The notes under the pieces: generated by a model
Seen by the model: the letters and a program-made list of their open reading frames with translations, nothing else
What the model was told of the DNA's origin: nothing
Database searches by the model: none
Shown here: positions 53,713 to 64,000 of the stretch, piece after piece
Numbering within the stretch: the stretch's first letter is position 1
Layout: every line of letters starts with the position of its first letter
Made by a program: the position numbers and the translations under genes
Source of the DNA: Eledone cirrhosa
Lineage: Eukaryota
Assembly (NCBI GenBank): GCA_964016885.1
Contig: OZ024742.1
Location: 343,604,001-343,668,000 of the forward strand
Reading direction: 5' to 3'
DNA: 64,000 bases

Positions 53713-54677
53713 GTAAGAGTGTCAGACACCATGAGTTGCGGCCCTTTACGGTCTGAGTTAAGACAATTAAAAATCTTTACCACCATCAATTGTTAAAAAC
53801 AAGTTAAAATCATGTAGTCGTCCATTCATAACGTACGTTACGCTTTAGTTACATACACACACATCTACAGGTAAATACATAAACAGATGCAGACAACAGA
53901 AGTGCAAACCCACACGTACATCTACTCATACATATTCATAAATATACACATTATAGAAAATAATTATTACATACCCACACATCGATGTAATGATTGAAAA
54001 AGGGGCTGGTGAAAGGCGATAGCGATATGTGTGTTGGGTCTCTTTAGGGTTACAGGCTACATAGCCTATTCCTATTATACATTGGGACAACTTTATCCCA
54101 GTAGTATCCACATTCTTCAATATGATTAACAATAACAATAAAAATATGAAAAATAATTACTTATTACTACATTATGATAAATATTGGAAAAAAGAATTCA
54201 GCAGAATGTAAACTTTGTTTTGGGATATCTATATCACAATGGAGGAGGAAAATTAGGGAGAGGTGTGGGTACACTGTATCGAATGTTTTGTGATATTCGT
54301 CCCAGCTTTCTGCGCCGTAAGATCATATCCAACTGAGGTTGCCTTTCCCTTTCATCCTTCCAAGGTCGATAAAAGAAGTACCGGTTTAGTATCGGGATCG
54401 ATTCTTTTTTTATATCACTTTCCAAACACCCCCCACACACTCTGAAAGAACTTGGCTGTGCGCTCCATCAGGTTTAAAATGCCCAAGATACGCAGTATGT
54501 CCCTATGATGCTCCTTAATTTCTATCAGGAGTTACGGATCCATATATACCAGAACATCTTAAAAAGTGTTAAGGGAAAGAATAAAAACTTGCGTTGTCAT
54601 TTCCAAAGGGACATAAATGAAGTGAAGTGAAGTGGTTTCAAGTGGAAGAGTAAGAAAAAGGTGTGTGGCAAAGTAGG

Positions 54678-57600
54678 ATATAGACACAGTATGATGTGAT
54701 ATACAGAGATAAAATCACAGTATGGTGTAATATAATGGGATACACCCACAGTATGGTGTGAAAAACTAGGATATAGTCAAAGTATAGTGTGATAAACTGA
54801 GATACACTCACAGTATGGTGTGGTGTTCTGAGATACAGTCACAGTATGGTGTGATATACTGAGATACAGTCACAGTATAGTGTGATAAACTGAGATACAC
54901 TCACAGTATGGTGTGAGATACTGAGATACACTCACAGTATGGTGTGATAAATTAGGATATAGTTACAGTATGGTGTTAATCACTGAGATACAGTCACAGT
55001 ATGGTGTGATATAGTGAGATACACCCACAGTATGGTGTGATATACTGAGATACAGTCACAGTATGGTGTGATATACTGAGATACTGTCACAGTATGGTGT
55101 GATATACTGAGATACAGTCACAGTATGGTGTGGTATACTGAGATACTGTCACAGTATGGTGTGGTACACTGAGATACAGTCACAGTATGGTGTGATATAC
55201 TGAGATACAGTCACAGTATGGTGTGGTATACTGAGATTCTGTCACAGTATGGTGTGATATACTGAGATACTGTCACAGTATGGTATGGTATACTGAGATA
55301 CAGTCACAGTATGGTGTGATATACTGAGATACAGTCACAGTATGGTGTAGTATACTGAGATACAGTCACAGTATGGTATGATATACTGAGATACACCCAC
55401 AGTATGGTGTGGTATACTGAGATACAGTCACAGTATGGTGTGGTATACTGAGATACAGTCACAGTATGGTGTGGTATACTGAGATAACGCCACAGTATGG
55501 TGTGGTATACTGAGATAGAGTCACAGTATGGTGTGGTATACTGAGATACAGTCACAGTATAGTGTGGTATACTGAGATACAGTCACAGTATGGTATGATA
55601 TACTGAGATACAGTCACAGTATGGTATGATATACTGAGATACACCCACAGTATGGTGTGGTATACTGAGATACAGTCACAGTATGGTGTGGTATACTGAG
55701 ATACAGTCACAGTATGGTGTGGTATACTGAGATAACCCCACAGTATGGTGTGGTATACTGAGATAGAGTCAGAGTATGGTGTGGTATACTGAGATACAGT
55801 CACAGTATGGTGTGGTATACTGAGATACAGTCACAGTATGGTGTGGTATACTGAGATAACCCCACAGTATGGTGTGATATACTGAGATACAGTCACAGTA
55901 TGGTGTGGTATACTGAGATACAGTCACAGTATGGTGTGGTATACTGAGATACAGTCACAGTATGGTGTGGTATACTGAGATACAGTCACAGTATGGTGTG
56001 GTATACTGAGATACAGTCACAGTATGGTATGATATACTGACATACACCCACAGTATGATGTGGTATACTGAGATAGTCACAGTATGGTGTGGTATACTGA
56101 GATACAGTCACATTATGGTGTGATATACTGAGATACAGTCACAGTATGGTATGATATACTGACATACACCCACAGTATGGTGTGGTATACTGAGATAGTC
56201 ACAGTATGGTGTGGTATACTGAGATACAGTCACAGTATGGTGTGGTATACTGAGATACAGTCACAGTATGGTGTGGTATACTGAGATACAGTCACAGTAT
56301 GGTGTGGTATACTGAGATACAGTCACACTATGGTGTGATATACTGAGATACAGTCACAGTATGGTATGATATACTGAGATACAGTCACAGTATGGTATGT
56401 TATACTGAGATACACCCACAGTATAGTGTGGTATACTGAGATACAGTCACAGTATGGTGTGGTATACTGAGATACAGTCACAGTATGGTGTGGTATACTG
56501 AGATAACCCCACAGTATGGTGTGATATACTAAGATACAGTCACAGTATGGTGTGATATACTGTGATACAGTCACAGTATGGTGTGGTATACTGAGATACA
56601 GTCACAGTATGGTGTGGTATACTGAGATAACCCCACAGTATGGTGTGATATACTGAGATACAGTCACAGTATGGTGTGGTATACTGAGATACAGTCACAG
56701 GATTGTGTGATATACAGAGATACAGTCAGAGTATGGTGTGATATACTGAGATACAGTCACAGTATGGTGTGGTATACTGAGATACAGTCACAGTATGGTG
56801 TGGTATACTGAGATACAGTCACAGTATGGTGTGGTATACTGAGATACAGGCACAGTATGGTGTGGTATACTGAGATAACCCCACAGTATGGTGTGATATA
56901 CTGAGATACAGTCACAGTATGGTGTGGTATACTGAGATACAGTCACAGTATGGTGTGGTATACTGAGATACAGTCACAGTATGGTGTGGTATACTGAGAT
57001 ACAGTCACAGTATGGTGTGGTATACTGAGATAACCCCACAGTATGGTGTGATATACTGAGATACAGTCACAGTATGGTGTGGTATACTGAGATACAGTCA
57101 CAGTATGGTGTGGTATACTGAGATACAGTCACAGTATGGTGTGGTATACTGAGATACAGTCACAGTATGGTGTGGTATACTGAGATAACCCCACAGTATG
57201 GTGTGATATACTGAGATACAGTCACAGTATGCTGTGGTATACTGAGATACAGTCACAGTATGGTGTGGTATACTGAGATACAGTCACAGTATGGTGTGGT
57301 ATACTGAGATACAGTCACAGTATGGTGTGGTATACTGAGATAACCCCACAGTATGGTGTGATATACTGAGATACAGTCACAGTATGGTGTGGTATACTGA
57401 GATACAGTCACAGTATGGTGTGGTACACTGAGATACAGTCACAGTATGGTGTGGTATACTGAGATACAGTCACAGTATGGTGTGATATACTGAGATACAG
57501 TCACAGTATGGTGTGGTATACTGAGATACAGTCACAGTATGGTATGATATACTGACATACACCCACAGTATGATGTGGTATACTGAGATAGTCACAGTAT

Positions 57601-60600
57601 GGTGTGGTATACTGAGATACAGTCACAGTATGGTGTGGTATACTGAGATACAGTCACAGTATGGTGTGGTATACTGAGATACTGTCACAGTATGGTGTGG
57701 TATACTGAGATACAGTCACAGTATGGTGTGATATACTGAGATACAGTCACAGTATGGTATGATATACTGAGATACACCCACAGTATGGTGTGGTATACTG
57801 AGATACAGTCACAGTATGGTGTGGTATACTGAGATACAGTCACAGTATGGTGTGGTATACTAAGATAACCCCACAGTATGGTGTGATATACTAAGATACA
57901 GTCACAGTATGGTGTGATATACTGTGATACAGTCACAGTATGGTGTGGTATACTGAGATACAGTCACAGTATGGTGTGGTATACTGAGATAACCCCACAG
58001 TATGGTGTGATATACTGAGATACAGTCACAGTATGGTGTGGTATACTGAGATACAGTCACAGGATTGTGTGATATACAGAGATACAGTCACAGTATGGTG
58101 TGGTATACTGAGATACAGTCACAGTATGGTGTGATATACTGAGATACAGTCACAGAATGGTGTGAGATACTGAGATACAGTCACAGTATGGTGTGATATA
58201 CTGTGATACAGTCACAGTATGGTGTGGTACACTGAGATACACTCACAGTATGGTGTGATATACTGAGATACAGTCACAGTAAGGTGTGCTATACTGAGAT
58301 ACACCCACAGTATGATGTGGTACACTGAGATACAGTCACAGTATGGTGTGGTATACTGAGATACAGTCACAGTATGGTGTGGTATACTGAGATACAGTCA
58401 CAGTATGGTGTGATATACTGAGATACAGTCACAGTATGGTGTGGTATACTGAGATACAGTCACAGTATGGTATGATATACTGACATACACCCACAGTATG
58501 ATGTGGTATACTGAGATAGTCACAGTATGGTGTGGTATACTGAGATACAGTCACAGTATGGTGTGGTATACTGAGATACAGTCACAGTATGGTGTGGTAT
58601 ACTGAGATACAGTCACAGTATGGTGTGGTATACTGAGATACTGTCACAGTATGGTGTGGTATACTGAGATACAGTCACAGTATGGTGTGATATACTGAGA
58701 TACAGTCACAGTATGGTATGATATACTGAGATACAGTCACAGTATGGTATGATATACTGAGATACACCCACAGTATGGTGTGGTATACTGAGATACAGTC
58801 ACAGTATGGTGTGGTATACTGAGATACAGTCACAGTATGGTGTGGTATACTAAGATAACCCCACAGTATGGTGTGATATACTAAGATACAGTCACAGTAT
58901 GGTGTGATATACTGTGATACAGTCACAGTATGGTGTGGTATACTGAGATACAGTCACAGTATGGTGTGGTATACTGAGATAACCCCACAGTATGGTGTGA
59001 TATACTGAGATACAGTCACAGTATGGTGTGGTATACTGAGATACAGTCACAGGATTGTGTGATATACAGAGATACAGTCACAGTATGGTGTGGTATACTG
59101 AGATACAGTCACAGTATGGTGTGATATACTGAGATACAGTCACAGAATGGTGTGAGATACTGAGATACAGTCACAGTATGGTGTGATATACTGAGATACA
59201 GTCACAGTATGGTGTGGTACACTGAGATACACTCACAGTATGGTGTGATATACTGAGATACAGTCACAGTAAGGTGTGCTATACTGAGATACACCCACAG
59301 TATGGTGTGGTACACTGAGATACAGTCACAGTATGGTGTGGTATACTGAGATACAGTCACAGTATGGTGTGGTATACTGAGATACAGTCACAGTATGGTG
59401 TGGTATACTGAGATACAATCACAGTATGGTGTGAGATACTGAGATACAGTCACAGTATGGTGTGGTATACTGAGATACAGTCACAGTATGGTGTGAGATA
59501 CTGAGATACAGTCACAGTATGGTGTGATATACTGAGATACAGTCACAGTATGGTGTGGTACACTGAGATACACTCACAGTATGGTGTAGTACACTGAGAT
59601 ACAGTCACAGTATGGTGTGAGATACTGTGATACAGTCACAGTATGGTGTGATATACTGAGATACACCCACAGTATGGTGTGATATATTGAGACACAGTCA
59701 CAGTATGGTATGATATACTGAGATACACCCACAGTATGGTGTGATATACTGAGATACACCCACAGTATGGTGTCGTATACTGAGATACAGTGATAGTATG
59801 GTGTGGTTTACTGAGATACAGTCACAGTAAGGTGTGATATACTGATATACACCCACAGTATTGTATGGTATACTGAGATACAGTCACAGTATGGTGTGAT
59901 ATACTGAGATACAGTCACAGTATGGTGTGGTATACTGAGATACAGTCACAGTATGGTGTGATATACTGAGATACAGTCACAGTATGGTGTGGTATACTGA
60001 GATACAGTCACAGTATGGTGAGATATACTGAGATACAGTGATAGTATGGTGTGGCTTATTGAGATACAGTCACAGTAAGGTGTGGTTTACTGAGATACAG
60101 TCACAGTATGGTGTGGTATACTGAGATACAGTCACAGTATGGTGTGGTATACTGAGATACAGTCACATTACGGTGTGATAAACTAAGATATAGTTACAGT
60201 ATGGTGTTAATCACTGAGATACACTCACAGTATTGTGTGATATACTGAGATACACCCACAGTATGGTGTGGTATACTGAGATACACTCACAGTATGGTGT
60301 TAGATACTGAGATACACTCACAGTATGATGTGATATACTGAGATACACTCACAGTATGGTGTGGTATACTGAGATACAGTCACAGAATGGTGTCGTATTC
60401 TGAGATACAGTCACAGTATGAAGTGGTATACTGAGATACCCCCACAGTAGGGTGTGATATACTGAGATACAGTCACAGTATGGTGTAATATACTGAGATT
60501 CAGTCACAGTATGGTGTGAGATACTGAGATACAGTCACAGTATGGTGTGGTATACTGAGATACAGTCACAGTATGGTGTGGTACACTGAGATACAGTCAC

Positions 60601-63600
60601 AGTATGGTATGGTACTCTGAGATACAGTCAGAGTATGGTGTGGTATACTGAGATACAGTCACAGTATGGTGTGAGATACTGAGATACAGTCACAGTATGG
60701 TGTGATATACTGAGATACAGTCATAGTATGGTGTGGTACACTGAGATACAGTCACAGTATGGTGTGGTACACTGAGATACAGTCACAGTATGGTGTGATA
60801 TATTGAGATACTGTCACAGTATGGTGTGATATACTGAGATACAGTCACAGTATGGTGTGGTATACTGAGATACACCCACAGTATGGTGTGGTCTACTGAG
60901 ATACAGTCACAGTATGGTGTGGTATACTGAGATACAGTCACAGTATGGTGTGATATATTGAGATACTGTCACAGTATGGTGTGGTATACTGAGATACAGT
61001 CACAATATAGTGTAGTACACTGAGATATACCCACAGTATGGTGTGGTTTACTGAGATACAGTCACAGTATGGTGTGGTTTACTGAGATACACTCACAGTA
61101 TGTTGTGGTATAATGAGATACAGTCACAGTATGGTGTGGTACACTGAGATACAGTCACAGTATGGTGTGGTACACTGCGATATAGTCACAGTATGGTGTG
61201 GTTTACTGAGATACAGTCACACTATGGTGTGATATACTGAGATACACCCACAGTATGGTGTGGTATACTGAGATACAGTCACAGTATGATGTGGTACACT
61301 GAGATACAGTCACAGCATGGAGTGGTACACTGAGATACAGTCACAGTATGGTGTGATAAACTGAGATACACTCACAGTATGGTGTGAGATACTGAGATAC
61401 AGTCACAGTATGTTGTGGTATACTGAGATACAGTCACATTACGGTGTGATAAACTAAGATATAGTTACAGTATGGTGTTAATCACTGAGATACACTCACA
61501 GTATGGTGTGATATACTGAGATACACCCACAGTATGGTGTGGTATACTGAGATACACTCACAGTATGGTGTTAGATACTGAGATACACTCAGAGTATGAT
61601 GTGATATACTGAGATACACTCACAGTATGGTGTGGTATACTGAGATACATTCAGAGTATGGTGTGGTATACTGAGATACAGTCACAGTATGGTGTGGTAT
61701 ACTGAGATACAGTCACAATATGGTGTGATATACTGAGACACAGTCACAGTATGGTGTAATATACTGAGATACAGTCACAGTATGGTGTGAGATACTGAGA
61801 TACAGTCACAGTATGGTGTGGTATACTGAGATACAGTCACAGTATGGTGTGGTATACTGAGATACAGTCACAGTATGGTGTGAGATACTGAGATACAATC
61901 ACAGTATGGTGTGAGATACTGAGATACAGTAACAGTATGGTGTGGTACACTGATATACAGTCAGAGTATGGTATGGTACTCTGAGATACAGTCAGAGTAT
62001 GGTGTGGTATACTGAGATACAGTCACAGTATGGTGTGAGATACTGAGATACAGTCACAGTATGGTGTGATATACTGAGATACAGTCACAGTATGGTGTGG
62101 TATACTGAGATACCGTCACAGTATGGTGTGAGATACTGAGATACAGTCACAGTATGGTGTGGTATACTGAGATACAGTTACAGTATGGTGTAGTACACTG
62201 AGATACAGTCACAGTATGGTGTGGTACACTGAGATACAGTCACAGTATGGTGTGATATATATAGAGATACTGTCACATTATGGTGTGATATACTGAGATA
62301 CAGTCACAGTATGGTGTGGTATACTGAGATACACCCACAGTATGGTGTGGTCTACTGAGATACAGTCACAGTATGGTGTGGTATACTGAGATACAGTCAC
62401 ACTATGGTGTGATATATTGAGATACTGTCACAGTATGGTGTGGTATACTGAGATACAGTCACAATATAGTGTGGTACACTGAGATACACCCACAGTATGG
62501 TGTGGTTTACTGAGATACAGTCACAGTATGGTGTGGTTTACTGAGATACACTCACAGTATGTTGTGGTATAATGAGATACAGTCACACTATGGTGTGGTA
62601 CACTGAGATACAGTCACAATATGGTGTGGTATACTGAGATACCCCAACAGTATGGTGTGATATACTGAGATACAGTCACAGTATGGTGTGTTATACTGAG
62701 ATACAGTCACAGTATGGTGTGGTATACTGAGATACAGTCACAATATGGTGTGATATACTGAGATACAGTCACAGTATGGTGTGAGATATTGAGATACAGT
62801 CACAGTAAGGTGTGGCTTACTGAGATACAGTCACAGTATGGTGTGATATACTGAGATACACCCATAGTATGGTGTGGTACACTGAGATACAGTCACAGTA
62901 TGGTGTGAGATACTGAGATACAGTCAGAGTATGGTGTGGTATACTGAGATACAGTCACATTATGGTGTGGTATACTGAGATACAGTAACAGGATGATGTG
63001 GTATACTGAGATACAGTCACAGTATGGTGTGGTACACTGAGATACAGTCACAGTATGGTGTGGTACACTGCGATACAGTCACAGTATGGTGTGGTTTACT
63101 GAGATACAGTCACACTATGGTGTGGTATACTGAGATACACCCACAGTATGGTGTGGTATACTGAGATACAGTCACAGTATGGTGTGGTACACTGAGATAC
63201 AGTCACAGCATGGTGTGGTACACTGAGATACAGTCACAGTATGGTGTGGTATACTGAGATACAGTCACAGTATGGTGTGGTATACTGAGATACAGTCACA
63301 GTATGGTGTGGTACACTGAGATACAGTCACAGTATGGTGTTGTATACTGAGATACAGTCACAGTATGGTGTGATATAGTGAGATACACCCACAGTATGGT
63401 GTGATATACTGAGATACACCCACAGTATGGTGTGATATACTGAGATACAGTCACAGTATGGTGTGATACACTGAGATACGGTCACAGTATGGTGTGGTAC
63501 ACTGAGATACAGTCACAGTATGGTGTGGTTTACTGAGATACAGTCAAAGTATGGTGTGATATACTGAGATACAGTCACAGTCTGGTGTGATATACTGAGA

Positions 63601-64000
63601 TACACCCACAGTATGGTGTGGTAGACTGAGATACAGTCACAGTAAGGTGTGATATACTGAGATACAGTCACAGTCTGGTGTGATATACTGAGATACACCC
63701 ACAGTATGGTGTGGTATACTGAGAAACAGTCACAGTATGGTGTGGTACACTGAGATACAGTCACAGTATCGTGTGATATATTGAGATACAGTTAGAATAT
63801 GGTGTGGTATACTAAGATACAGTCACAGTATGGTGTGATATACTGAGATACACCCAGAGTATTGTATGGTATACTGAGATACAGTCACAGTATGGTTTGA
63901 TATACTGAGATACAGTCACAGTATGGTGTGGTTTACTGAGATACAGTCTCAGTATGGTGTGTTATACTGAGATACAGTTACAGTATGGTGTGGTACACTG
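54678..64000. repeat. 31-bp tandem satellite (tactgagatacagtcacagtatggtgtggta), about 300 units, runs past the window end
   Basis: Direct periodicity, a degenerate left edge and recurring variant blocks. Confidence 0.98.

Noticed and set aside
53926-54138. Possible first coding exon of the transporter
   Set aside because: No SLC22 N-terminal or TM1 resemblance, and the candidate donor is phase 2 whereas the 51678 exon needs phase 1.
54678-64000. CRISPR-like array (31-bp partly palindromic repeats)
   Set aside because: The units are contiguous with no unique spacers, there are no cas genes, and the context is eukaryotic. It is a satellite, and its 83-aa ORFs are artefacts of 3x31 periodicity.

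Overview
Eukaryotic, repeat-dense animal DNA. The SINE families, Dong/R4 and Tx1 LINEs, long TA/TACA microsatellites and a GC-rich 18S fragment suggest an octopus-like cephalopod (inference, not verified). The whole window appears to lie inside one minus-strand SLC22/MFS organic-cation-transporter-like gene. Six internal GT-AG exons splice in phase: 51446-51678, 40554-40784, 39916-40118, 29676-30071, 14841-14975 and 12522-12607 (1284 nt); the first and last exons were not found here. The introns hold decayed retroelements: four Tx1-like LINEs, five R4/Dong-like RLE LINE copies or fragments, RTE fragments and RTE-derived short elements, two Penelope-like elements plus solo or fold-back pseudo-LTRs with minimal hammerhead ribozymes, many tRNA-derived SINEs, and a >9 kb 31-bp satellite. 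Highlights: (1) a 31-nt perfect inverted copy of a coding exon sits in the loop of a retroelement hairpin about 1 kb into the next intron, a candidate editing-complementary sequence; (2) an 18S+ITS1 pre-rRNA segment is captured inside a Dong/R4 LINE between 120-bp duplications; (3) a 30-bp minisatellite arose from an RTE ORF; (4) the main SINE shares its 3' end and (ATT)n target with Tx1 LINEs.
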